A DNA stretch of 40,787 nt from an uncultured Candidatus Saccharibacteria bacterium (GTDB lineage Bacteria > Patescibacteriota > Minisyncoccia > Phycocordibacterales > XYD1-FULL-46-19). Position numbers and translations under genes: made by a program. The stretch's first letter is position 1. The number at the start of each line of letters is the position of its first letter. Under the pieces are notes generated by a model. The model saw nothing but the letters and a program-made list of their open reading frames with translations, had not been told where the DNA came from and did not search any database. Location: positions 1-40,787 of the forward strand of contig CAYHFD010000004.1 of assembly GCA_964355855.1 (NCBI GenBank), read 5' to 3'. Shown in pieces: positions 1-8,364 of this stretch.

Positions 1-18
1 TATAACACCCCAACTTGT

Positions 19-46
19 ATTATATCATATCTATATATAAAGTCAA
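19..46 (-). promoter_or_regulatory. sigma70-type promoter firing leftwards out of the window
   Basis: The minus strand reads TTGACT-16 nt-TATAAT with an extended TG (TGaTATAAT). Confidence 0.6.
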
Positions 47-89
47 GTACAAGAAAAGCCTTATATAGCTTAAAATAGAGGCTTACTTG

Positions 90-208
90 TCCTGTTAGAG
101 ACCGCGGACATAGGTGGTTGATGGGTGGGTAATATTTAAAACTTTTTACTAAAAATTTAATTACGGCAGTGGTGTGGGCTATTGGTCCGCTACCTGTCTC
201 TAATGGGA
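90..208 (+). repeat. Structured palindromic element, copy 1 (GTTAGA...TCTAA family), in the gpmI leader
   Basis: TCCTGTTAGAGAC (90-102) pairs with GTCTCTAATGGGA (196-208). Inner stem GCGGAC/GTCCGC and 3' bulge (T)ACCT. Same architecture as 11252-11367. Confidence 0.75.
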
Positions 209-1716
209 TGAATACTACTAATAAACAAGCAGTCCTAATTGTTTTAGATGGCTGGGGCTATTGCGAGGATGTGGAACACAATGCGGTGGCGGTGGCAAAG
301 ACTCCGGTGTTTGATAAATTGTGGGCGGAATACCCGCCCCTTTTAGAGGCCTCGGGGCTCGCGGTGGGGCTACCGGCAGGGCAGATGGGCAACTCGGAGA
401 TTGGGCACACCACTATTGGCGCGGGCAAGATTATTGATACCGACTTGGTGCGGATTGAAAAAGCGATCAGAAATGGCGAGTTGCCGATAAATATCGCGCT
501 GTGCTCGGTGTTTGAACACGTGCGGAAAAATAATTCCACGCTCCACCTAATGGGTCTGCTTTCGGACGGTGGCGTGCACAGTCACGAAGACCATTTGCAT
601 GCGGTGTTAAAAACCGCCAAAGAGGCAGGCGTAAAGAAAATTGCCTTGCATATTTTTACCGATGGTCGCGACACGGCCCCGCAAAGCGCTGGTGGCTATT
701 TGAAAAAACTGGAAAATGTTTTGGAAGAAATTGGTATTGGTCAGATTGCGACCGTTTCTGGTCGCTTTTACGCCATGGACCGTGATAATAATTGGGACCG
801 GATGGTGAGGGCCGAGCGAGCGATGTTTGATTGTGTCGGTAAAACTTGCCAGCTTAAAAAACCATCGGAGCTCGTCGCTGAACTGCATGCCGAGGGACTG
901 CTGGACGAACATTTAGAGCCGATTGTTTTTCTAGACGAAAGTGGTCAGGGTTACAAGGTGGAAAACGGAGATGGTATTTTTCTGTTTAATTTCCGCTCGG
1001 ACCGAATGAAGATGCTGATGAAGTGCCTTTTGGAGAAAAAAGAAGCGCTGAATTTGAAAATTACCACCATGACTGAATATGACAATAGTTTTGCTTGTGC
1101 GGTAGTCTTTCCGCCGATACCAATAGAAACGACGCTCGCGGCGGAAGTGGCGAAGGCTGGTCTCACCCAAGCCCATATTGCGGAGACGGAAAAATTCCCC
1201 CACGCCACTTACTTTTTAAATGGCGGCCGGAAGGAACCACACGCGGGCGAGGCACACATTTTACTTGATAGTCGCAAAGATGTGCCGACGCACGACTTGG
1301 CCCCGAAAATGCGCGCCGCCAGTATTGCCGACAAGGCGGTTGAGGAAATAGAGAAGGGAACCAACTTTATTTTTATTAACTTCGCGAACCCTGATATGGT
1401 GGGGCATACCGCCAATGTGCCGGCCATTGTGGAAGCGCTAGAGGAAGTAGACACTCAACTCGGGCGGGTCTATGAAGCAACCGAGCGTATCGGCGCTGTA
1501 TTATTTATAACCGCCGATCATGGCAATGCCGAGGTAAATGTGGACCAAAAAACAAGGGAAAAGCATACTGCTCATACGACAAATCCGGTACCAGCGATTG
1601 TGACTGATAAAAACTTAAAAATAAAAGAAGGGACACTGGCTGATATTGCGCCGACAATATTAACCTTACTCGACCTTCCTCAACCCGCTAGTATGACTGG
1701 GCAGAAACTAATTTAG
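208..1716 (+). CDS. gpmI: 2,3-bisphosphoglycerate-independent phosphoglycerate mutase
   Basis: Motifs LIVLDGWG, GQMGNSEIGH, SDGGVHSH, DGRDT, GRFYAMDRD, AETEKFPHATYF, NPDMVGHT, TADHGNAE. Start moved from GTG169 to ATG208 because the upstream codons lie inside the palindromic element. Confidence 0.97.
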   Translation: MNTTNKQAVLIVLDGWGYCEDVEHNAVAVAKTPVFDKLWAEYPPLLEASGLAVGLPAGQMGNSEIGHTTIGAGKIIDTDLVRIEKAIRNGELPINIALCSVFEHVRKNNSTLHLMGLLSDGGVHSHEDHLHAVLKTAKEAGVKKIALHIFTDGRDTAPQSAGGYLKKLENVLEEIGIGQIATVSGRFYAMDRDNNWDRMVRAERAMFDCVGKTCQLKKPSELVAELHAEGLLDEHLEPIVFLDESGQGYKVENGDGIFLFNFRSDRMKMLMKCLLEKKEALNLKITTMTEYDNSFACAVVFPPIPIETTLAAEVAKAGLTQAHIAETEKFPHATYFLNGGRKEPHAGEAHILLDSRKDVPTHDLAPKMRAASIADKAVEEIEKGTNFIFINFANPDMVGHTANVPAIVEALEEVDTQLGRVYEATERIGAVLFITADHGNAEVNVDQKTREKHTAHTTNPVPAIVTDKNLKIKEGTLADIAPTILTLLDLPQPASMTGQKLI

Positions 1717-1754
1717 TTGTGGTGATAATTTTACTAGGCTACAATTTGATTTAA

Positions 1755-2306
1755 ATGTTCGACCGACCTTATACACAAGGGTTTTCCATCATACTGGCCA
1801 TTTCTATTTTGGCCTTAGTTTTGGTTATTGGAGCGACATTTTTTAACTATCAAAAAAATACGGATATTGCTTATGACCTTGATATATTAAATGGCCAGTT
1901 GCAGATAAATAATAATTTAATAAATACCACTAAAAAAAATATACCAATAGTTGCCAGTTCCACCGCGTCAACGACAGAGGATTTGGTTAATAAGGTCACT
2001 GGTCGCTACGAGGAATATAACCCCGACCGATTTCCCTTTGAATTTGGAATAAAACCGATTATGTTCTTTTTTGCCGGTTGGGATGAAAAATCACGAGAAC
2101 TTGATATTAATATCACCACCAATAGTGACCAAATACCATTGGGCGTTGTTATCCTTAAAACTGATTATGACCGTCGGGTGTCATTAAAGAGTAAATACAA
2201 AGTAATCGAGCCTAATACTTTTGTTCAGACCGATCGGAGTGGAAAAATAATTAACAGTTGGTCGGGGTCTATAACCCTAGAAGAGATTGTCAAAGAAATA
2301 AAATAG
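1755..2306 (+). CDS. Membrane-anchored thioredoxin-fold protein lacking the CxxC cysteines
   Basis: N-terminal hydrophobic helix after QG|F. The C-terminal pattern MFFFAGWDEKSR...VVILKTDYD...LKSKYKV...TFVQTD.SGKII..WSG resembles a thioredoxin fold. The protein has no Cys. Confidence 0.6.
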   Translation: MFDRPYTQGFSIILAISILALVLVIGATFFNYQKNTDIAYDLDILNGQLQINNNLINTTKKNIPIVASSTASTTEDLVNKVTGRYEEYNPDRFPFEFGIKPIMFFFAGWDEKSRELDINITTNSDQIPLGVVILKTDYDRRVSLKSKYKVIEPNTFVQTDRSGKIINSWSGSITLEEIVKEIK

Positions 2307-2345
2307 CTGACTAGGAGCGATTATTGTTTCCTATTTGGCAAGTAT

Positions 2346-2915
2346 TTAAGCTAAAAGCTCTTTAATATTTCCAGCTAGTCCAGTGACATCGCCCTCGGTA
2401 CCAGTAGTGTCTCCGGTTATATTTGACACATTGCCCAAAATATTAGTGACATTGCCTGAAATTTTACTGATATTGCCAATTAGGTGGGTCACATTGCCCG
2501 AAATGTTAGTCACATTGCCTATAATATTAGACACATCACCAACCAAGTCCGACACAGTACCACTAATGTTGGTGGTATTACCCCTGATATTAGATACATC
2601 ACCCTGAAGGCCAGTAACTTTGCCAACTAAGCCTGATATATCACCAGAAATTTTAGACACATCGCCAAATACATTGGAAACATCGCCACGGATATTGGAA
2701 ATATCACCCATAATATTAGACACATCGCCAATAACACCAGAAATATCACCCCGAATTTTAGAGGGGTCACCAATTATACGATGAAGGTCAATATCACCAG
2801 AAATATTAGACACATCGCCACGCAAATCAATAAAATCTCCCCAGATGGCGTAATGTATACCCCGAACATTTTTAGTGTTGCGATTAGGACGATGATTTAT
2901 TTCTTCAAGACTCAT
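2346..2915 (-). CDS. Heptapeptide-repeat protein ([ILV]xG[DN][VI][ST]x)n, probable solenoid
   Basis: Twenty uninterrupted 7-residue units from IIGDPSK to LAGNIKE, plus two more upstream. TATAAT lies upstream on the minus strand. Confidence 0.8.
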   Translation of the reverse strand: MSLEEINHRPNRNTKNVRGIHYAIWGDFIDLRGDVSNISGDIDLHRIIGDPSKIRGDISGVIGDVSNIMGDISNIRGDVSNVFGDVSKISGDISGLVGKVTGLQGDVSNIRGNTTNISGTVSDLVGDVSNIIGNVTNISGNVTHLIGNISKISGNVTNILGNVSNITGDTTGTEGDVTGLAGNIKELLA

Positions 2916-2976
2916 AATTTAGGGGAGCTATAAAATAATAATTAAATTATAGCGCAATCAATTTATCTGAACCACC

Positions 2977-2999
2977 AAAAAATCCCCCGCAGGGGATTT
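2977..2999 (-). terminator. Intrinsic terminator of the small acidic ORF
   Basis: Minus strand AAATCCCC-TGCG-GGGGATTT followed by a T run. Confidence 0.7.
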
Positions 3000-3020
3000 A
3001 GAGGAGTAGTCAAGCAGTGA

Positions 3021-3149
3021 CTATTCGGCTGGTGTTTCAGGGGCCTCTTTGCTATCCATCGCTTCATCCTCTGAAGGGGTAGCGGTCGGTGCGGGTACGT
3101 CCACTACCGGTGCGTTTGCATCAGCCTGCGGATCCTGTGTTTCGTCCAT
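3021..3149 (-). CDS. Small acidic, Pro/Ala-rich 42-aa protein (not in the ORF track)
   Basis: Translated by hand: MDETQDPQADANAPVVDVPAPTATPSEDEAMDSKEAPETPAE*. It is GC-richer than its flanks, has an A-rich pre-ATG context and is followed by a terminator. Confidence 0.65.
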   Translation of the reverse strand: MDETQDPQADANAPVVDVPAPTATPSEDEAMDSKEAPETPAE

Positions 3150-3293
3150 AGTTTTGTTTCCGTTAGACTAGCCCCTTTAGAGTAAAAGGCTAGAAATCTA
3201 GTAATAGGGTTCAGTCTAGCAGTTTAGTCTAGATAAAACAATGAAAATGCTATTAAGGAAGACATTTTAGCTAATATTCGTTAGACTTATAGA

Positions 3294-3716
3294 ATGGAAG
3301 AAAAAATTATTATTGGTCGCTCTACCCATATTGACCTACCAAACTTTAATATGTATGATATCCCCGCTAAAGTGGATACCGGGGCCTATCGGGGGGCTTT
3401 ACACTGTCGAGATATACGGTTAAGTGCCGACGGTAAAACTTTGTATTTTAAGTTGCTTGATGAACGACATCCGGAATATAGTGCCCACGATCAAGCGGTG
3501 ACTGATTTTGGTCTTGTTAAAATAAAAAATACTGGTATTGATTGGCAAGAGCGTTATAAAATTAAAACCGAAATTATTATTGCTGGGCAAAGTATTGTGA
3601 CCGAAATGACACTGGCCGATCGGGCCGATATGCGTTTTCCAGTTTTGATTGGACGCAAGGCTCTTAAAAAAAAGTTTTTAGTAAATGTGTCTAAAAAAGT
3701 TAATTTAAATAAATAA
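3294..3716 (+). CDS. RimK-associated retropepsin-like peptidase (RimB/'ATP-dependent zinc protease' family)
   Basis: AKVDTGA motif and C-terminal TLADR.DMRFPVLIGR. Lies directly upstream of rimK. Confidence 0.88.
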   Translation: MEEKIIIGRSTHIDLPNFNMYDIPAKVDTGAYRGALHCRDIRLSADGKTLYFKLLDERHPEYSAHDQAVTDFGLVKIKNTGIDWQERYKIKTEIIIAGQSIVTEMTLADRADMRFPVLIGRKALKKKFLVNVSKKVNLNK

Positions 3717-3719
3717 TTT

Positions 3720-4643
3720 ATGAATATTGCAGTCTTATCGACTAATCCTGACCTCTATTCAACCAAAAGGTTATTGGAAGCGGCGGAAAAAAGGGGACAT
3801 AAAGTTGTTATTATAAACCACACCAAGTGTAACCTTATTATGGAAAAAGGTCGGCCATCAATTCAGGCTGACGGTAAAACTATTTCCGATATCGAGGCTA
3901 TTATTCCTCGTATCGGCGCCTCGGTTAGTTTTTTTGGCGCCGCGGTGATTAGGCAGTTTGAAATGCTTAAAGTTTTTTCATCGTTGTCGTCTATTGCCCT
4001 GGTGCGTTCGCGCGACAAATTGCGTAGTTTACAATTGATGTCTAAATTTGGTCTAGGTATTCCTAAATCAGTCTTTGCTAAGTTTCCCAAAGATAAAGAT
4101 GTGGAGGATTTAATTGAACAAGTTGGTGGAGCACCGGTGATTATCAAAGTTTTGCAAGGGACGCAGGGTTTGGGGATAGTTTTGGCGGATACGACCAATT
4201 CGGCCAAGTCGATGGTGGAAGCTTTTTCAGGTCTAAAGCAAAACATTTTAATTCAGGAATTTATTGCCGAAGCACATGGGGCAGATATTAGGGCTTTTGT
4301 GGTTGGTAATAAGGTAGTAGCGGCGATGAAGCGCACGGGCAAGACCGGTGAGTTTCGGTCTAATATTCACCGGGGTGGAGTGGCCGAGCCAATTGAATTA
4401 TCAAAAAAAGAAAAAGTTTTGGCGGTTGAGGCGGCCCGGTCTTTGGGTCTATCAATTGCTGGTGTTGATATGCTTTTGTCTGAACGGGGAATGTTGATTA
4501 TCGAGGTTAATTCATCACCTGGTCTTCAGGGTATAGAAAGGGCAACTGGGGTAGATGTGGCTGGTCAGATTATTGAATTTGTCGAGGCTGGCGTGCAAAA
4601 GAAAAAACAAACTAAAAAGAAAAAACAAAAAGATATATTGTAA
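3720..4643 (+). CDS. rimK: RimK-family alpha-L-glutamate ligase (ATP-grasp)
   Basis: Motifs LYSTKRL, IPRIGAS, SRDKLRSLQL, GTQGLG, QEFIAE..GADIR, FRSNIHRGG, EVNSSPGL. Confidence 0.95.
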   Translation: MNIAVLSTNPDLYSTKRLLEAAEKRGHKVVIINHTKCNLIMEKGRPSIQADGKTISDIEAIIPRIGASVSFFGAAVIRQFEMLKVFSSLSSIALVRSRDKLRSLQLMSKFGLGIPKSVFAKFPKDKDVEDLIEQVGGAPVIIKVLQGTQGLGIVLADTTNSAKSMVEAFSGLKQNILIQEFIAEAHGADIRAFVVGNKVVAAMKRTGKTGEFRSNIHRGGVAEPIELSKKEKVLAVEAARSLGLSIAGVDMLLSERGMLIIEVNSSPGLQGIERATGVDVAGQIIEFVEAGVQKKKQTKKKKQKDIL

Positions 4644-4683
4644 ACCCAAAAAAACAGCAAATCGGTTGCTGTTTTTTTGGGTT
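4643..4683. terminator. Bidirectional intrinsic terminator
   Basis: AACCCAAAAAAACAGCAA-ATCGG-TTGCTGTTTTTTTGGGTT between convergent genes. Confidence 0.85.
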
Positions 4684-5224
4684 ACACTGTTTCTGTTTTG
4701 ACTATTTCGCTGTCAGTAGTGGCCTGATGAGCTAACTGTAGAATAATTTTTTTCACCCCCTCGGGATCGTTGGCATAATTTAAAGAGAAGTAATGTCCAT
4801 CAACGGCGGTATGAATATGAAGGCGACCAAATTTAAGCATGGTGGATATAAATCCAGGCATTTCGATAGTTACATCTTGAATTTTTTCTAGGTCAAAACT
4901 TGAAATCTCTCGATGAAATAAACCATTTTGTTTTAGATCAACAATTTTTTTATTGGTAATAATCCAGACATCTAAATAGTAGTCGGTCCAAGCTAGAAAG
5001 AAATAGGTCCAGACAAAAACTAACCAAAGTAAATATACAAACAAACCAGCATAAAAAACCAGTAAACTAAAGCGAGCTTCGGTGATATATAAAAATAAAT
5101 AAATAAATACCAGGGGGGCAAGGACCGCTAAGGTTGAAATGCCGGCTTCGGCCAGAAAAATAAACCAGTGATTTCTAACTTCCTTTATAATACTTTCTCC
5201 TGGGTTTAGGTAGACTGATGTCAT
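4682..5224 (-). CDS. Membrane protein with a bacterial PH (bPH_2-like) domain
   Basis: L.PGE.II..VR.HW start, two TM helices, then WIITNKKIVD..Q.GLF...IQDVT...FGRLHIHTA. Confidence 0.8.
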   Translation of the reverse strand: MTSVYLNPGESIIKEVRNHWFIFLAEAGISTLAVLAPLVFIYLFLYITEARFSLLVFYAGLFVYLLWLVFVWTYFFLAWTDYYLDVWIITNKKIVDLKQNGLFHREISSFDLEKIQDVTIEMPGFISTMLKFGRLHIHTAVDGHYFSLNYANDPEGVKKIILQLAHQATTDSEIVKTETV

Positions 5225-5457
5225 ATGATACTAGAAAACAAACTTATAGTTATGGTTATGGCGACCAATAAAAAACCTATTACCAATAGATAGATTGTTT
5301 CGGCTAAAATGATAGTGCGCGAATTAGTGCCATAATTTTTCCAATGAAATATTAACATAAAACTAAAAGGTATGGCATAAATTAAGGTTAACGCAAAAAT
5401 CAGCCACAGGTGAAATGGTCTAATGAGAGAGACAAAGGATTCTATATTTTCCAGCAT
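5221..5457 (-). CDS. Small two-TM hypothetical membrane protein
   Basis: Two hydrophobic helices. ATGA overlap with the next gene. A -10-like TATATT lies 6 nt before the ATG. Confidence 0.7.
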   Translation of the reverse strand: MLENIESFVSLIRPFHLWLIFALTLIYAIPFSFMLIFHWKNYGTNSRTIILAETIYLLVIGFLLVAITITISLFSSII

Positions 5458-5523
5458 ATATTAATAATATAACACATCATAGCTGGTTTGATGAGACTAA
5501 AAATACGGAGTATAATTGTTGTT

Positions 5524-5979
5524 ATGCTTAGAAAGAAAAGCCTAGTTATCATTTCTGGGGTTATTGTACTGGTAATTTTTGTTTTAGGGGTAAATATTTA
5601 CCTATTAAAAGCTAAAGAAAAAGATGATCTTAATATTGATAAAAAAGTTGCATATATTAGATCTGTTTTTAAGACAACTGATGGTTATAAGTTAGTTGTT
5701 GATTTTTTGCCGTCTATTTCCTCGACCACATGCGTCAATTTAGACCAGTGTTCTAAAAATGGTAATACTGACAACAGCTTGGTATCATATAAAATTAACT
5801 GGGGTTTAAGAGTCCAGCAAATAACAGATGACGGTAAATTAGAAAGTCAACGCTATTCACCGTGGGCCTTACGGCGACTTTTAGATAATAAGGCGGAAAT
5901 TCAAAATATACCGTTTGTGGTAAATATTTATAATGATGAAGTAATAAGTTTGGAAGAGGTATATGATTCAGAAATTTAA
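5524..5979 (+). CDS. Hypothetical exported or membrane-anchored protein
   Basis: Basic N-terminus plus TM helix and a Cys pair. Start moved to ATG5524, 7 nt after TATAAT. Confidence 0.7.
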   Translation: MLRKKSLVIISGVIVLVIFVLGVNIYLLKAKEKDDLNIDKKVAYIRSVFKTTDGYKLVVDFLPSISSTTCVNLDQCSKNGNTDNSLVSYKINWGLRVQQITDDGKLESQRYSPWALRRLLDNKAEIQNIPFVVNIYNDEVISLEEVYDSEI

Positions 5980-5996
5980 TTGTTATATCAATTAGT

Positions 5997-6944
5997 ATGT
6001 TTAAAAATATTACTTTCGGTGTCTTCTTGGTTCTAGCGGTGGCCGGTTTTTTAATTGTTATAATTTTTAATCTAAATAAAGAAGAAAATAAATTAGCGAC
6101 CAATGAAGCTCTATCGGCTCCACCTGAGTCAAATCAAAGCACATCGACTTTAGCTGAAATTAAGGACGCTCTAGTTAAGGTTAGTGATTTTGTTTTTTCA
6201 CCACTAGAGGAGGCGGTGAACAGGGTTATTACTCCGGGACCATTGAATCTTTTGGCGGGGGCGGGCGGGGCCAATTACGAAGTTAATTTGACCCGGGCGG
6301 GTGTTATAGCTAAAACCAATGAAGAAAGAATTCGGGAAAATTTGCCCGCTTTGGCTGAAAATCCCAAACTAAACGAAGCTGCTCGTTATCGTCTCGAGGA
6401 CATCTTTAAAAAGCAGTATTTTGCCCACGAGTCACCATCTGGTCAGGGGGTAGCCGAAGCGGTCGGGTCGACTAATTATGGCTACATTGTGGTTGGAGAA
6501 AATCTGGCTTTGGGTGGTTTTAAAAATGATGAAGCGGTGGTGCGGGCTTGGCTTTTAAGTCCTGGTCATAAGGCCAATATGTTGGCCCGGCGCTATTTTG
6601 ATATTGGAGTGGCGGTTGGTGAGGGCAATTTCAAGGGAACCAGAGCGCGTTTGGCCGTCCAGGTTTTTGGTACGCCTTTAACTGTTTGCCCGACTCCTAA
6701 CGAGTCACTTAAAACTAAAATTTATAGTAATAAAGCTCGGATTGATAAATTAGAACCGGAATTGGCCAGCTTAAAATTGTTTATAGATAAACAGGGGCCA
6801 TTTTCGACCGGTCTTAGTGTAAAAATAAAAGAGTACAATGGTAAGGCTTCAGAATTTAATAACTTGATTCAGGTAACACAAGTGTCTATTGCTGAATATA
6901 ATAATCAGGTCAAGCGCTTTAACAGTTGCGCTGAAACAAAATAG
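5997..6944 (+). CDS. CAP (SCP/Tpx-1/Ag5) domain protein with N-terminal anchor and C-terminal coiled coil
   Basis: TNEER...L..AA...YFAHESPSG...VGENLA...WLLSPGHKANM...IGVAV...VQVFG. Confidence 0.9.
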   Translation: MFKNITFGVFLVLAVAGFLIVIIFNLNKEENKLATNEALSAPPESNQSTSTLAEIKDALVKVSDFVFSPLEEAVNRVITPGPLNLLAGAGGANYEVNLTRAGVIAKTNEERIRENLPALAENPKLNEAARYRLEDIFKKQYFAHESPSGQGVAEAVGSTNYGYIVVGENLALGGFKNDEAVVRAWLLSPGHKANMLARRYFDIGVAVGEGNFKGTRARLAVQVFGTPLTVCPTPNESLKTKIYSNKARIDKLEPELASLKLFIDKQGPFSTGLSVKIKEYNGKASEFNNLIQVTQVSIAEYNNQVKRFNSCAETK

Positions 6945-6949
6945 AAATT

Positions 6950-7453
6950 ATGACTTTAACAGCGCATGGGACGGTGGGGGCAGTGGTGGTGGCAGTTATG
7001 CCAACCAATCCGGTTTTAGGTTTAGGTCTAGCTTTTGGTAGTCATTTTATTTTAGATTTGATACCCCATTATGATTATCGGATATTGTCGCTTGACCATG
7101 AGGCGGAAAAAGGTGGCGTAGTAAAGATGACTTTTAGTAAAAATTTCATTTTTGATTTGGGTCGAATTGGATTGGATGCTGTGGTTGGGCTAGCTATTGC
7201 CATGGGGATAGTTTATTTTTTTGAATTATCAAATTTTACCCTTTTAATTTTAGGCGGTGCTATATTGGGCATGCTTCCCGATTTTTTGCAATTTGTAAAT
7301 GGTAAAGTAAATAATTATTTTTTGTCTTCTCTTCAAAAATTCCATAATTTTTTTCATACCAAGCATAAGCTGGTGGGTTGGCCGGTTGTCGGTTTTATTT
7401 CCCAGACAACCTTTGTTTTACTGATAGTTTTGTTATTTTTCTTATCTCAATAA
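6950..7453 (+). CDS. Membrane protein with conserved His/Asp motifs (putative metal-dependent hydrolase-like)
   Basis: HxxxG, SHFILDLIPH, LPD and FHNFFH motifs within TM segments. Confidence 0.6.
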   Translation: MTLTAHGTVGAVVVAVMPTNPVLGLGLAFGSHFILDLIPHYDYRILSLDHEAEKGGVVKMTFSKNFIFDLGRIGLDAVVGLAIAMGIVYFFELSNFTLLILGGAILGMLPDFLQFVNGKVNNYFLSSLQKFHNFFHTKHKLVGWPVVGFISQTTFVLLIVLLFFLSQ

Positions 7454-7455
7454 AT

Positions 7456-8232
7456 ATGTCTAGTTTTGATGTAATTATACTCAGTATTATTGAAGGCCTG
7501 ACAGAGTTTTTGCCTATTTCTTCGACGGCTCATCTTATAATCGGGGCCCGCCTACTTGGTCTACCCAACTCGGATTTTATAAAGTCTTTCGAAATATTTA
7601 TCCAATTAGGAGCAATTTTGGCCGTGGTGATGGTCTATTGGCGTCGCTTGGTGTCTAATTTTGGTTTAATTAAAAAAGTCATTTTAGCATTTATTCCGAC
7701 TGCCCTGATTGGTTTTTTGGCGTACCCAATTGTTAAAGATATTTTGTTGGAAAGCTTATTAACAGTCGCTTGGACTTTATTTATTGGTGGGTTAATTTTA
7801 ATTTTGTTTGAATATTGGTATGAAAAAACTCAAAATAAAGAAATTAAACGCGATCTAGATAGCTTAACTTATGGGGAATGCTTGGTTCTTGGTTTAGTCC
7901 AATCTTTGGCCATAATTCCCGGTGTTTCTAGGGCGGGAGCGACTATTGTAGGGGGCTTGGGTTTGGGTTTTTCTCGTCAAGCAATAGTTGAGTTTTCTTT
8001 TTTGTTGGCTCTACCAACTATGTTGGCGGCGACGGGTTATGATTTGTTGAAAAGTGGGGTGAATTTTAGTGGCGATAATATAATTATACTTTTTTCAGGT
8101 TTTTGGTTATCGTTTTTGTTTGCGTGGGTGGCTGTTAGGTGGCTGATAGGTTTTATTAAAAACCATAACTTTATTTGGTTTGGTGTTTATCGGATAGTAG
8201 TGGCAATTTTGATTGGTCTGCTTATTTTGTAG
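7456..8232 (+). CDS. uppP: Undecaprenyl-diphosphate phosphatase
   Basis: IEGLTEFLPISSTAHL, IQLGAILAV, PGVSRAGATI, EFSFLLALP. Start moved to ATG7456. Confidence 0.96.
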   Translation: MSSFDVIILSIIEGLTEFLPISSTAHLIIGARLLGLPNSDFIKSFEIFIQLGAILAVVMVYWRRLVSNFGLIKKVILAFIPTALIGFLAYPIVKDILLESLLTVAWTLFIGGLILILFEYWYEKTQNKEIKRDLDSLTYGECLVLGLVQSLAIIPGVSRAGATIVGGLGLGFSRQAIVEFSFLLALPTMLAATGYDLLKSGVNFSGDNIIILFSGFWLSFLFAWVAVRWLIGFIKNHNFIWFGVYRIVVAILIGLLIL

Positions 8233-8364
8233 GAGATTAACAAAAAGGCGAGTTTGTGCTATTGTGTAAGTATACAAGGGTAACCAAATAGTACCTTTGT
8301 TTTCTGGGTTGTCTAAACCATAGGTGATTTTAAACAAAATTAATAAGTAAATTATAAAAATTTT

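Noticed and set aside
90-208. Group I/II intron or tRNA identity for the structured elements
   Set aside because: They are too short and lack catalytic-core or cloverleaf/T-loop motifs.
2346-2830. CRISPR array or DNA tandem repeat
   Set aside because: The 21-nt periodicity is degenerate at synonymous positions and has no repeat-spacer structure. It is a protein repeat.
8274-8300. Hairpin ACAAGGGTA/TACCTTTGT in the SIMPL leader as a riboswitch
   Set aside because: It is a single weak stem with no recognisable aptamer and could simply be a weak terminator for the uppP transcript.
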